Source: Eledone cirrhosa
Lineage: Eukaryota
Direction of reading: 5' to 3'
Assembly: GCA_964016885.1 (NCBI GenBank)
Contig: OZ024765.1
Location: 19,964,001-20,028,000, forward strand
DNA: 64,000 nt
Shown here: piece after piece, positions 1-15,553 of the stretch
Layout: each line of letters begins with the position of its first letter
Position numbering within the stretch: position 1 is the stretch's first letter
The notes under the pieces: model-generated
What the model was told of the DNA's origin: nothing
What the model saw: the letters and a program-made list of their open reading frames with translations, nothing else
Database searches by the model: none
Position numbers and translations under genes: made by a program

Positions 1-537
1 CAGATCAGACCAAGGAAACAATGTTTCTATTGGTCTTTCCATTACTGATACTATCTGTCAGTCACAACTCCTGTCAGAAGAAAGGAGCTGATCATCAGAT
101 CAGACCAAGGAAACAATGTTTCTATTGGTCTTTCCATTAGTGATACTATCTGTCAGTCACAACTCCTGGTAGAAGAAAGGAACTGATGATCAGATCAGAC
201 CAAGGAAACAATGTGTCCATTGGTCTTTCCATTACTGATACTATCTGTCAGTCACAACTCCTGGTAGAAGAAAGGAACTGATGATCAGATCAGACCAAGG
301 AAACAATGTGTCCATTGGTCTTTCCATTACTGATACTGTCTGTCAGTCACAACTCCTGGCAGAAGAAAGGAACTGATGATCAGATCAGACCAAGGAAACA
401 ATGTGTCCATTGGTCTTTCCATTACTGATACTGTCTGTCAGTCACAACTCCTGGCAGAAGAAAGGAACTGATGATCAGATCAGACCAAAGAAACAATGTG
501 TCCATTGGTCTTTCCATTACTGATACTGTCTGTCAGA
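1..537. repeat. 95-bp tandem repeat, at least 5.6 copies (runs off left edge)
   Basis: cagatcagacc recurs at 1, 96, 191, 286, 381, 476. Confidence 0.95.
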
Positions 538-1021
538 ACATGAAATAGAATATTTTGTGCAGAAACAAAACATGCTGACCTTGTCAAGGAATCTATCCCT
601 AATTCACTGAACTGAAACCCTTTCCGTAAAAAATAACATATGGAGCCTATAAACATACAACACCCTCCACTTATTTTATCTGCAATTTTACTGAGAGAAG
701 AAGAAAGAGATGGAGTGAAAAGGGGTATGTCTTATACGCCATCAAATATAATTTTACTGAGGGTGGGGTTGTGTCTTATACGCCATCAAATACAACATTT
801 ATTGACTGAAAGAGAGACAGAGAGAATGAACATATAATTTCATTGCATAAAATTTTGAATTATTTTAGTAAAAGGGTGGGAGAGTGTGGGGCGAGGTGCA
901 GAAGTAAAATAAAATATTTTGTGTGCAGATGAGGTAATTATATACCAAATATGGGAGGAATGTGTGGGTGTTGTTATGTGTACGTATATATGTGTATGTA
1001 TATATATATATATATATATGT

Positions 1022-1060
<39 letters not shown>

Positions 1061-1189
1061 AGCTAATCTCGAGGGGATTTGAACTCAGAATGTAAAGGGC
1101 CGTAACTCTATGCCGTGAGGTACTTGGTCCAACGCTCTACCGATTCTGCCAACAACAACAATAATAATTGAGGTCCAAAAAATATGGAT

Positions 1190-1697
1190 CACTGGAAATG
1201 TTGGGGTCACACATGTAGTGTTAGAACAGTTAGGGATCTAGGATAGTGGAACCTTGGTCCTTGAACTTAATCAAGCCTGAAGGCCCTTCCTCACTGGAGA
1301 TCTTGGGGTCACATATGTAGTGTTAGAACATCTAGGGATCTAGGGTAGTGGAACCTTGGACCTTGAACTTAATCAAGCCCTGAAGGCCCTTCCTCACTGG
1401 AGATCTTGGGGTCACACATGTGTTAGAACATCTAGGGATCTAGGATAGTGGAACCTCGGTCCTTGATCTTAATCAATCCCTGAAGGCCCTTCCTCACTGG
1501 AGATCTTGGGGTCACACATGTGTTAGAACGTCTAGGGATCTAGGGTAGTGGAACCTCGGACCTTGAACTTAATCAATCCCTGAAGGCCCTTCCTCACTGG
1601 AGATCTTGGGGTCACACGTGTTAGAACATCTAGGGATCTAGGATAGTGGAACCTCGGTCCTTGATCTTAATCAATCCCTGAAGGCCCTTCCTCACTA
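1190..1697. repeat. about 100-bp tandem repeat, 5 copies
   Basis: cactggagatcttggggtcac at 1395, 1495, 1595 etc. Confidence 0.95.
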
Positions 1698-1812
1698 GAA
1701 ATATTTGGAAACAGAAATGTTAAGAGAGGAATATATACATGGAGAAAAATGGGTTTTGGTTTAGGGTTTTTACTGACTGGAGCAATAATGGTCTTTTTAC
1801 ATATATATATAT

Positions 1813-1854
<42 letters not shown>

Positions 1855-1923
1855 GTATGTATATCATATTTATGATATATATATACATATATATATAATA
1901 TGTATGTATATATCATATTTATG

Positions 1924-1975
<52 letters not shown>

Positions 1976-2263
1976 ATATCATATTTATGATATATATATA
2001 CATATATATATTATATATATATATTATATATATATATATTATATATTATATATATATATATTATATATTATATATATATATATATATATAATATGTATGT
2101 ATATATCATATTTATGATATATATATACATATATATATATATTATATATCATATATTACATATATATATGTATGTATATATCATATATATGATATATATA
2201 TACATATATATATATATTATATATCATATATTACATATATATATAATATGTATGTATATATCA

Positions 2264-2294
<31 letters not shown>

Positions 2295-2901
2295 TATATA
2301 TCATATATTACATATATTATATATATAATAAATATATACATATATCTATTATATATATATATATATATATAATATACATAAATAACACACACATATATAT
2401 ATATATACACACACACATATATATACATGAAGAAAATAATATAAAGCCAAGCAAAAGCAAAAAAAAAAAAAAAAAATACAAAAAAAATGTCCAATGGTTT
2501 TTGTTTGTTTTTAATTAGTTAATTATTGTTTTGTTAATGAGTTTAGGTGATGTGGGGTGGGGGGGGGGGGATAATAATGGTACTAATCACTTTATTGGAT
2601 AATGAAGGAGAGAGAAGAGGAGGAGGTGGAGAAGAAAGCAAAGAAGGAGAAGAAAAAGAAAAGAAAAAAAAGAAGTGAAGAAGAAAAAGAAGAAGGAAGA
2701 AGAAAAAGAAGGAGAAGGAAGAAGAAAAAGAAGAAATAGAAGAAAAAGAAGAAGGAAGAAGAAAAAGATTAGATGTTTTTGACATTTCAACAGAATATCT
2801 CTGAAGGTTGAAAAGTATATATATATATACATATATATAAATGTGCGTGAATATATATATATATAAATGTGCGTGTATATATATATATATATATAAATGT
2901 G

Positions 2902-2972
<71 letters not shown>

Positions 2973-3479
2973 AAAGAAGTGCGTTTGCAGCCCAACTATA
3001 TGATAAAGTTATATCTGTATAAACTCAGAGTGTATAACCAAGACTGCACCAGTGTGTATATAAATATATACACATATCTAATATGTAGACATACAGAAAA
3101 TACAAATTTCCCTGTAATTCATTTTCAGACCTAATTGGTCCCTCATAAGAACAAGTGTATGTGTGTGTGTGTATATATATATATATATAATCATCATCAT
3201 TTAATGTCTATCTTCCACTCTAGCATGGGTTAGACAGGTTTGTCCCCATTTAGAAGTAGGTTGGGTCGAGTGACCATGTCTCGCTCATATAGGACTGTTT
3301 CTGGCTGGTTTTCTACGGGTGGATGCCCTACCTAGCACCAACCACATTTACAGAGTGTGCTGGGAGCTTTTTGCTGTGTGTTTTACATGACCACTTTACA
3401 GTGTAGTTTTCAAAGAAATGGCAACATTTTTCCGATTTCACCCCACCCGTCCCTTCAATCTTTCTAATTTCTCTTTCTT

Positions 3480-3515
3480 TCTTCTGATGAAGGACTAGCG
3501 TCCGAAACGTTAAGA
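3480..3515 (+). ncRNA. minimal type I hammerhead ribozyme motif
   Basis: tctt-CTGATGA-a-ggac(tagc)gtcc-GAA-ACGT-T-aaga; related decayed copies near 9860 (+) and 31105-31140 (-). Confidence 0.6.
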
Positions 3516-3656
3516 CGCTCTTCCTGCTATTTCAAAACGCTAACCTAATATATTCCTTCCATATACTGTACCGATTGTGTTGTTATTTCTATTTACCTTT
3601 TTCATATATATATATTTCATATGTTTATTTATATATATATATATATATATCATATG

Positions 3657-3697
<41 letters not shown>

Positions 3698-3701
3698 TAT
3701 G

Positions 3702-3746
<45 letters not shown>

Positions 3747-3754
3747 AGGGAGTG

Positions 3755-3792
<38 letters not shown>

Positions 3793-4434
3793 CATTAATG
3801 TATTACCAAATAGAGTTTCACATTAAATATACATTTACAATTGTTTCGTCCTTATTGGGACTTATCAGTATCAATCATTTCATGAACAAATAAATACCTC
3901 AACATATTACCTCAGCACATGTGTGTGAGCTGAGGTAATATGTTGAAGTATATACTCATAAAATGATTGATTCTGATAAGTTCCAATAAGGAAGAAACAA
4001 TTGTAAATGTATATTTAATGTGAAACTGTATTTGGTAATACATTAATGAATAATTTGCTCCAGGCATAATTATTTCTAACACAATAGGATCTTGTACACA
4101 TGCTTGTTTGAAAAATTATATTTCAGGAAATATGAAACAGCCTTATGTGCATCATCATCATCATCATCATTTTACGCCCGCTTTTCCCTGTTTGCAAGGG
4201 TGGTACAGGCCTTATTAAGTACAGCTTATTATAATAAATTAACATATTTGGAGCTGTTTTAACTTCTCCACCTACTTCCTTCCAGTTTTTTAAATTTAAA
4301 GAGAAAATTCTGTGTATGAATGTATGTGTGTGTGTATATATGTGTGTGTGTATATATATGTGTGTGTGTCTGTGTGTGTATATATGTATATATATATATG
4401 TGTGCGTATGTGTGTATGTGTGTATGTGCATGTG

Positions 4435-4465
<31 letters not shown>

Positions 4466-4497
4466 ATATATATATGTGTGTGTGTGTGTCTGTGTGC

Positions 4498-4532
<35 letters not shown>

Positions 4533-4562
4533 TGTGTGTGTGTATGTGTGTGTGTGTGTGTG

Positions 4563-4640
<78 letters not shown>

Positions 4641-4895
4641 AATATATTATTATATATATTGGAAGGTGTGTGGCTTAGTGGTTAGAAAATTGGGTTCGCA
4701 ATCGTGAGGTTGTGAGTTCAATTCCTGGACCAGGTGATGCGTTATGTCCTTGAGCAAGACACTTTATTTCACGTTGCTCCTTCTACCTGGAGTTGCGACT
4801 GATAGATAGTATTAGCAGCTGGAAAGACCGATGGAAACGTTGTTTCCTCGGTCCGATTTGACGAAAGTCGATCGACTGTCGATATATCCATATAT

Positions 4896-5544
4896 CAGTG
4901 GTTCCCAAACTAGAGTCGGCGGTCCCCTAGGGAACCACGAAGTGATTTTCAGGGAACCGCAACGGCTTAGCCTAATTTTCATGGTATATGTATACTGTGA
5001 TTGAAGTTTTAAATCTAGGGAGCAATTTTTCTTGAATAAACATTTGACGCTAACGTATAAACCATAGGAGGTTGATTCCCGCATTATAATAATAATAATG
5101 AAATTGTGTACAGTGCTCAGGTGCACTACAACTCATCAAAGGTGCATGTATAGTACACATGTGGATAGTATGTTACACGACCTTGATGCTTTGACATTTT
5201 AAGGCCTTAGTCAGCCAATCATAATCGCATTAGTTTATTAACAGCTGTGATATCAAATCAATTCTGTATTACTGATGAGGAATCTATTTGAATAAGTACA
5301 TATTCAACAATTGTTTCTATAAAAACTCATATCCAATTAGCAAAACCTCTTTAGAAAGTATTGGACATGATAGCAGTTTGGTGCATTTTGATACTACTTA
5401 AACTAAATCGTAGTAGAATTGTCATGAATTTCATAAAAGTTTGTCTTTGAGAAATTTTGGAAATGCTGCCATAATATGGTAGGGGGCCGAGAGGCATCGA
5501 AAAAATGGTAAGGGGACTGCGAGAAAAAAATTTGGGAACCATTG
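4896..5544. mobile_element. hAT-like non-autonomous element
   Basis: Terminal inverted repeats CAGTGGTTCCCAAA / TTTGGGAACCATTG; another left end at 5659; TSD not clear. Confidence 0.55.
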
Positions 5545-5590
<46 letters not shown>

Positions 5591-5624
5591 TGCAAGCAGG
5601 GAAAAAGCGGACGTAAAATGAATG

Positions 5625-5660
<36 letters not shown>

Positions 5661-5770
5661 ATGGTTCCCAAATTTTTTTAAGTGTTTCCGTAGGAAAGGT
5701 AAAGGAAAAGAGAGTGCTCTATGTAGGCTACAGAGCTTTTTAGTTATGTAATAAACAACATAAGATAATT

Positions 5771-5845
5771 ATTTCATTTACCAAAGGTTTCACGAAAACA
5801 GACGAGCTTGGCACAGACTTCTGACTTCTGTCATCAGAATGAAAT
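5771..5845 (-). ncRNA. type I hammerhead ribozyme motif
   Basis: atttcatt-CTGATGA-[imperfect stem II]-GAA-ACC(ttt)GGT-A-aatgaaat; 8-bp stem I. Confidence 0.65.
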
Positions 5846-5904
5846 TTTATTTATATATATATCCATATATATATATATATATATAAATATATATATATAC
5901 ATAA

Positions 5905-5974
<70 letters not shown>

Positions 5975-6012
5975 ATATATTTATATATATATCCATATAT
6001 TTATATATATAT

Positions 6013-6067
<55 letters not shown>

Positions 6068-6083
6068 CATAAATATATATACA

Positions 6084-6115
<32 letters not shown>

Positions 6116-6120
6116 CATAA

Positions 6121-6152
<32 letters not shown>

Positions 6153-6179
6153 CCATATATTTATATATATATCCATATA

Positions 6180-6228
<49 letters not shown>

Positions 6229-6346
6229 CCATAAATATATATACATATATATATATATATACATATATACATATATATATATATACACACATATATATAT
6301 ATATACATATATATATATTTACATATATATATATATACATATATAC

Positions 6347-6397
<51 letters not shown>

Positions 6398-6521
6398 GTA
6401 ATAATAATATTTATACTTATATATGAAATGGTAGTACTAAACACTACAATTGTCAATAGTAATGTGTCTTTATCAATGTTCTAAAGACTAGGATTATAAT
6501 TACTTGTATAAACATTGTGTA

Positions 6522-6568
6522 TGCTCTGATGATTCCAGACAGTTGTCTGGAAGAAACAATTGTCATCA
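6522..6568 (+). ncRNA. type I hammerhead ribozyme motif
   Basis: CTGATGA-ttccagac(agtt)gtctggaa-GAA-ACAATTGT-C; stem I tgct/atca has one mismatch. Confidence 0.6.
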
Positions 6569-6609
6569 ATTAAATGTATTAAACTAAAATTTGATTGTAT
6601 TATATTTTG

Positions 6610-6652
<43 letters not shown>

Positions 6653-8055
6653 TAACAAGCACAAAGAAACATGTATTTGGTCGGCTTAAATACCCATTCA
6701 CTCTTATTATTATTTTAAAATGGAGGTACTTGGTTATATATTAGATATAATAATATACACACTGGTGCAGTATCGGTGACCCACTCTGTATTTATACAGA
6801 GATAACTATATATACACATACACACATATATATATATATATACATTCATATATATACATACATATATCATCATCATCATACATTCATATATAAACATACA
6901 TACATATATATATATACATTCATATATATATATATACATTCATATATATATATATATATATATATACATTCATATATATACATATATATATATTCATATC
7001 TATATATATATATATATATAAATACATTCATATATATACATATATATATATATTCATATCTATATATATATATACATACATTCATATATATACATATATA
7101 TATATATTCATATCTATATATATATATATATATATATATACATACATTCATATATATACATATATATATATATACATTCATGTATATATATATATATATA
7201 TACATTCATATCTATATATATATATATACATACATACATATACATTCATATCTATATATCTATATACATTCATATCTATATATATATATATACATATATA
7301 CATATACATACATACATATACATTCATATCTATATATCTATATACATTCATATCTATATATATATACATATATACATATACATACATACATATACATTCA
7401 TATATATATATATATATATACACTTGGATATCACTGTTTCATTTACATTTGAAGAATTCAATAAATTGTGGTCTCTCACATGTATGAGGGTGTATATATA
7501 TATATATATATACATACATATATACATAGTGGTAGAACACTGGAAGGTAATATCCGTAGTGGTAGAGCACTCAGTCCATGGGACGAGTTAGGTAGAAGTG
7601 GCTACACAACAGTTAGTTCACCATACAGAGAACAATTGTTTCATCTTAGTGGATCCTCAGCTTGTAATGGACATGGTTATATGGAACAGGAAGGACAGCC
7701 GGACGAACGCGCATGTGCAGAGACAACAACTTCACACAGGCAATACTATATTGCGTGCGAGAGGTGTAAGGGAGATAACTGCGAAAGTCCGAAAGTTTCT
7801 AGTTGATAAGAAAATTAGGATGTTGTTTTGATTCAACCCGGAGATTTGTAGTTATGTAAGAGGTGTTTCCAGATGTGTGGACAACGTGTGAAGAATTCAT
7901 TTCTTGAGTTTAGGCAATCGCTATTGCGTAATCTCTTTAGAATATTTATTCGTTCATCAATACATAGTCCACACGACGGATTTCCCCTAAGGTGAAACAA
8001 TTGTTCTCGTTATGGTGAACTAACTGTTGTGTCACTACTTCTATATATATATATA

Positions 8056-8464
8056 TGGTGTCCCGAAAAGGTGTATACACACTTTGATTACCAGTATAGG
8101 CAATATTTATTAGAATGCACAGCCTTTCCCAAAAATAAATTAATTTACAGGCATAATTCAGCCCTATACACACACCCAACATAATTTAGATAATTGTTTC
8201 TACTATTGGCACAAGGCCACCAATAACCCAGTGCATTACTGGTACTTTATTTTATCGACCCCGTAAGGATGAAAGGCAAAGTAAACCTTGGCGGGATTTG
8301 AACTCAGACCGTAAAGGGACGTAACTATGCTGGAAAGCATGGCGTCCGACCCTCTACCGATACTGCCAATTCACCAACATAGTTTAAATAATGAATATAA
8401 AACAGAATTTAATTTAATGCATTTTTTTTTTGCTGTTGAAGTATTTACATTTTTTGGGGACCCC

Positions 8465-8469
<5 letters not shown>
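8056..8469. mobile_element. Tc1/mariner-like MITE remnant interrupted by SINE-B
   Basis: Ends ta-tggtgtcccgaaaa and tttttggggaccccctg-ta within TA context; similar end tacagggtgtcccaaaa near 54804. Confidence 0.4.
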
Positions 8470-8531
<62 letters not shown>

Positions 8532-8725
8532 AGTGAATATATATATGTGTATGTATAAATATACATTATATATATATATATGTATGTATATACGTTATAT
8601 ATATACATATATATATGTGTATGTATATACATATATATATCATATATATATATATATACATTAAATATATACATAAACATTATATATATACATATACATT
8701 ATATATATACATATACATTATATAT

Positions 8726-8765
<40 letters not shown>

Positions 8766-8932
8766 ATGTATGTATATATATATCATATATACATTATATA
8801 CATACATATTATATATATACATTAGGGCGGTGGATTGGCAGAATTGGTAGAAGGTCGGACGCCATGCTTTGACATAGAGTTACGACCCTTGCCATTCTGA
8901 GTTCAAATCCCGCTGAGGTTAACTTTGCCTAT

Positions 8933-9268
8933 GGAGGCACATGGCTTAGTGGTTAGAGCATTGGCCTTGCAATCGAAAGGTTGTAAGTTCAATTCTCAGA
9001 CCAGGTGATGTGTTGTTTCCTTGAGCAAGACACTTTATTTCACATTGCTCCAGTTTACTCAGCTGTAGAAATGAGATGATAGGGACTGGGTCCATATCAT
9101 TCCACTGCAAAGTGGTCGTGGGGGTACCAAGGCAAAAAAGCACCCAGCACTCACTGTAAATGAGGTTGGTGTTAGGAAGGGCATCCAGCTGTAGAAATCA
9201 AACCAGAATCAGTTCCCGTCCCACCCTTGCAAGCAGGGAAAAGTGGACATAAAATGAAATGATGATGA
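8933..9268 (+). mobile_element. SINE-A (tRNA-like head, CORE-like middle, RTE-like tail)
   Basis: A-box-like tggcttagtgg, B-box-like gttcaattc, ccttgagcaagacactt core, (GAT)n tail. Confidence 0.85.
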
Positions 9269-9306
9269 TTATATATATATATATATATTATATATACATA
9301 CATAAA

Positions 9307-9338
<32 letters not shown>

Positions 9339-9506
9339 TATATACATATACATATATATATATACATATAATATATACATATACATTATATATATATATA
9401 TATATATACACATATATATATATACATTATATATATGCATGTTATATATATATATATATATATATATGATATATATATATATATATGTATGTTATATATA
9501 ATACAT

Positions 9507-9537
<31 letters not shown>

Positions 9538-10774
9538 ACAAATATATACCCCCGCACACACATATATCGTAGAAATGACTCACAGGTCTACTCATGTTTC
9601 ATTCTGTAGAGAGATCTTCATGCTGATGATTTAATCATCCAACGAAACAGTACTAAACCTGTCGAATTTGATGTAAAGTTGCCATATCATAAATATGGTC
9701 TCTTTCCATTCCTAAACAGAGAACCGTTTTCTTTTTCAAGATGGCTGACCTAGCAACAACAACCAACAAGTGCTTCATCTTCTAAATAACAATTTCAATG
9801 TTTCCTTCTTTATTCTTGTCTATCTCACTTTCTCTTCTTCTCTCTCTTTTTTTCCATTTTCCAATGAAGGACCAGAGTCCGAAACGTTAAAACTCTTTTC
9901 AAACTATATTAAGCATAAAACTAACATATATCATCATTGTACTGTATTGTTCTCCTGCATTGTTTTTCCTTGTTGACTTTTCTTTTATATATACATACTT
10001 ATATATATATATATATATATAGTGTGGATTTTGGACAATCAATCAACAAATATATTATATATATATACATATATATAATATATTTATATACATATATTTA
10101 TATGTATATACACACATATATATATACACACACATATATATATATATACATACATATATTTATATATATATATATACCTATATATATATATATATATAAA
10201 TATTGAGCGAATTTCGGACAATCTACAACACATGTCCTATAGTGTTCATATCAATATCACAAGCTTTGTGAAATTCCTTCTGATGATGATGTGTTGGACT
10301 TGCACAACTATCGTCTAACACCTCTGAAATGTACATAATAGTTCATTCTATAATTAATTGTATGGAAAGGTAGAACCAAGTCCTTGTATATGTATATATA
10401 TATACACATATATATATATACACACACACACATATATATATACATACATACACATATCATCATCCATATATATATATATATACACATATATATATATATA
10501 CACACACACACATATATATATACATACATACACATATCATCATCCATATATATATATATATACACATATATATATACACACACACACATATATATATACA
10601 TACATACACATATCATCATCCATATATATATATATATACACATATATATATATACACACACATATATATATACATACATACACATATCATCATCCATATA
10701 TATATATATATACACATATATATACACACTCACACACATATATATATACATACATACACATATCATCATCCATA

Positions 10775-10806
<32 letters not shown>

Positions 10807-11184
10807 CACACACACACATATATATATACATACATACACATATCATCATCCATATATATATATATATACACATATATATATATACACACACACACACATA
10901 TATATACATACATACACATATCATCATCCATATATATATATATACACACACACATATATATACACACTCACACATATATATATACATACATACACATTTC
11001 ATCATCATTATATATATATATATATATACACATATATATATACACATGTATCATCATCATCTTTTAACGTCCATCTTCCATCTTCCAGCATGGGTTAGAA
11101 GATTCTGTTCCATTTGATATGGGAATGGTCGGGCGACCGTGTCTCGCTTGCATGGAGGCATCTATATATATATATATACATACA

Positions 11185-11595
11185 TGGTGGCTGCCAACTC
11201 GTTTTCGAGTACGGCCACTACTTTATATCCATGTAGGAGAACCCCTACCAATGCGCTGAACGAGTGTGACTTTTTAGTCCAGCCAGCGACTTGAAAACTC
11301 TGGTACAAACACTACACTTGTGACAAATATTGACACATAGTGCTGGGCCCATGGTACCATGTGACGACAAGTGCAGAGAGATCTCCAGATATAAAGCAAT
11401 GCCTGTGCCGTGAAGCTTTTATAGTGAGCAAAGGCACTGCACAAAGCCAGTCCCACTCTCTTAACCAAGATGATATTTACCAAAAAGAAGAACAAGTCAA
11501 CATCATTGGATACCATCAGGGTTGCAGGTTTTATATTAGTTTTCCTTCTCCTAGAATTCTGCCTTGACAAAGGCTAAGGGGTCATCTCTCCCGGA
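11185..11595 (-). mobile_element. unclassified interspersed repeat
   Basis: Diverged reverse complement of 23065-23367. Confidence 0.5.
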
Positions 11596-11906
11596 TGATA
11601 CATACATACATACATACATATATATATATATATACACATATATATATGTATACACACATATATATATATATGTATACACACATATATATATATATATATA
11701 CACACACATATATACATATATACACACACACACACAGATATACACATGTATTATTATAATTATTACCCTGTGGATTGCCAGAAATTCTGAAAATCCTGAC
11801 AAGTGTCTTGTAGTCCTGTTGGTGGTTCTTTACAGCCTAGGGTTTAATACCAGTCAACATCATTTACTACACACTCTCTGCTGAATAGGGTGGCCACCAC
11901 CTACTA

Positions 11907-11965
<59 letters not shown>

Positions 11966-12305
11966 TACATATATACAAACACACACATATATGTACATAT
12001 ATATACATATATGTACATATATATACATATATATATATATATACATATATATATGTGTGTGTTTGTATATATATATATAAATATATATATACATATATAC
12101 AAACACACACATATATATATAGAGATTATACACACACACACATATATATACATATATATCCACACACACATATATATACATATATATATATATACATATA
12201 TGTACATATATATACAAATATGTACATATATATATATATACATATATATACATATATGTACATATATATATACATATATGTATATATATATATACATATA
12301 TGTAC

Positions 12306-12569
<264 letters not shown>

Positions 12570-12652
12570 ACATACATATACACATATGCATACATAGATA
12601 TATATACACATGCATATATGTATACATATACACATGTATACATGCATATATA

Positions 12653-12700
<48 letters not shown>

Positions 12701-12935
12701 TATATAGAAACATACATATACACATATGCATACATAGATATATATACATGCATACATATGTATACACATACATATATATCCATATACATACATATATATA
12801 TATACACATACATATATATACACATATAAACACACACACAACTTATATATACACAAAAAATAAATGTTTTGTTTTCGTTTTCACCCCAACACCCCACTCA
12901 CCCCCACTAATACCACAACTTGCCACCAGCACACA

Positions 12936-13943
12936 ATGTCCGAGCATGTCTGAGACAGTGTCCTAGACTTCAAGAGTGTCTGAGACAGTGTCCGAGCATG
13001 TCTGAACCTGTCCGAGCATGTCTGAGACAATGTCCTAGACTTCAAGAGGGTCTGAGAATGTCTGAGCCTGTCCGAGCATGTCCGAGGCAGTGTCCTAGAC
13101 ATCAAGAGTATCCAAGCATGTCTGAGCCTGTCCTACCAAGTCTGAGCCTGTCTGAGACAGTGCCGTAGACTTCAAGAGTGTCTGAGACAGTGCCCTAGAC
13201 TTCAAGAGTGTCCAAGCCTGTCTGAGACAGTGCCCTAGACTTCAAGAGTGTCCGAGCATGTCTGAGACAGTGTCCTAGACTTCAAGAGTGTCTGAGCATG
13301 TCTGAGACAGTGTCCGAGCATGTCTGAACCTGTCCGAGCATGTCTGAGACAATGTCCTAGACTTCAAGAGGGTCCGAAAATGTCTGAGCCTGTCCGAGCA
13401 TGTCCGAGGCAGTGTCCTAGACATCAAGAGTATCCAAGCATGTCTGAGCCTGTCCTACCAAGTCTGAGCCTGTCTGAGACAGTGCTCTAGACTTCAAGAG
13501 TGTCTGAGCCTGTCTGAGACAGTGCCCTAGACTTCAAGAGTGTCCGAGCCTGTCTGAGACAGTGCCCTAGACTTCAAGAGTGTCCGAGCATGTCTGAGAC
13601 AGAGTCCTAGACTTCAAGAGTGTCCGAGCCTGTCTGAGACAGTGCCCTAGACTTCAAGAGTGTCCGAGCCTGTCTGAGACAGTGTCCTAGACTTCAAGAG
13701 TGTCCGAGCATGTCTGAGACAGTGCCCTAGACTTCAAGACTGTCCAAGACAGTGTCCTAGACTTCAAGAGTGTCCGAGCATGTCTGAGACAGTGCCCTAG
13801 ACTTCAAGACTGTCCAAGACAGTGTCCTAGACTTCAAGAGTGTCCGAGCATGTCTGAGACAGTGTCCTAGACTTCAAGAGTGTCCGAGCATGTCTGAGAC
13901 AGTGTCCTAGACTTCAAGACTGTCCAAGACAGTGGCCTAGACT
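12936..13943. repeat. minisatellite built from 10-bp modules (30/40-bp units)
   Basis: tgtccgagca-tgtctgagac-agtgtcctag-acttcaagag. Confidence 0.92.
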
Positions 13944-14542
13944 CACAAATGTTTATATCTATTATCATTACAGCAAGAATGGCCCGCGTGATTGGGTCTA
14001 CCCTGAAGATGCGCCTGTAAGCTGGTTGATTTAAAGAGGAGAGGGTATACTCCCGGAACGTTGGGTGGCTCAGGATTGGGGGGGGGGATTCCCGAGTCGC
14101 CTCTGGGTGCTTCTCCTCTCCCTGGGGTATCTTTCTTATATTGTCTTTCTCATGTTCACTTTTGACTCAATTCTATTGTAACCTCCCCTCCACTGACCCT
14201 ATCTTCGTACCTCCCCTACACCAAGGCCCCTGTGGCCAATAAAGTAACAATTATTAATAATATTATTATTATTATTATTTTTAAGTTTTTGTCCCAGAAC
14301 CAACAACAACAAAAATGTTAAAAATATTGGAAAACAAAACAAAACAGAAAACAAAACAAAGGGAAAACAAATTATTAAAACAAGTCTTTTTTTTGTCGTT
14401 ATTTTCCTCTCCGTGACCTTTGACCCCAGATATAACACTGACCCCCCACCATCCCCAGGTGAACGTAGGTTAGGTGTGAATTATTGGAAATATATATATA
14501 TATTAAAAGTTAAAAATAATAAAATAACCCCCCCCCCCTCTT

Positions 14543-15286
14543 CCTTAGTACACGTGCAGTTATCTGCCCCTTAGTACACGTGTAGTTATCCGCCCTTAGT
14601 ACACATGTAGTTATCTCCCCCTTAGTTCATGTGTACTTATCCGCCCCTTAGCACACTAGTTATCCGCCCTTAGTACACGTGCAGTTATCTCCCCCTTAGT
14701 TCATTTGTACTTATCTGCCCCTTAGCACACGTCTAGTTATCCGGCCCTTAGTACACATGCAGTTATCTCCCCCTTAGTTCATTTGTACTTATCCGCCCCT
14801 TAGCACACGTCTAGTTATCCGCCCTTAGTACACGTGCAGTTATCTCCCCCTTAGTTCATTTGTACTTATCCGCCCCTTAGCACACGTCTAGTTATCCGCC
14901 CTTAGTACACGTGCAGTTATCTCCCCCTTAGTTCATTTGTACTTATCCGCCCCTTAGTTCATGTGTACTTATCCGCCCTTAGTACACATGCAGTTATCTC
15001 CCCCTTAGTTCATTTGTACTTATCCGCCCCTTAGCACACGTCTAGTTATCCGTCCTTAGTACACGTGCAGTTATCTCCCCCTTAGTTCATTTGTACTTAT
15101 CCGCCCCTTAGCACACGTCTAGTTATCCGCCCTTAGTACACATGCAGTTATCTCCCCCTTAGTTCATTTGTACTTATCTGCCCCTTAGCACGTCTAGTTA
15201 TCTCCCCCTTAGTTCATGTGTACTTATCCGCCCCTTAGCACACATCTAGTTATCCGCCCCTTAGTACATGTGTAGTTATCTGCCCC
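14543..15286. repeat. about 26-bp minisatellite with 77-bp three-monomer higher-order unit
   Basis: ccttagtacacgtgcagttatct / ccttagttcatttgtacttatcc / ccttagcacacgtctagttatcc. Confidence 0.92.
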
Positions 15287-15553
15287 TCTTTTTTTGTTTT
15301 GTTTTGTTTCTTTGTTGTCCAGCTCACACATCATCATCACCACCACCACCACCACCACCACCATTACCATCATCATTGTCATCAGCATACAACACCGTCA
15401 TCATCATCATCATCGTTATCATCATCATCATCATCATCATCATCCTGAAAGCCCCCCCCCCCATTCCCCCAGCTCCCCCCCCCCCGACCCACCTTCATCT
15501 CTGTGTGTGTGTGTGTGTGTGTGTGTGTCTGTGTCTATGTGTGAGTGCAAGCG

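Noticed and set aside
8933-9010. tRNA gene candidates (A and B boxes)
   Set aside because: They are heads of multi-copy SINEs with no complete cloverleaf.
13998-14070. Further hammerhead-like traces (also near 3840-3875, 3972-4005, 5272, 7624-7667, 9585-9630, 10280, 48040-48075)
   Set aside because: Core substitutions or missing stems; treated only as possible decayed copies, not annotated.
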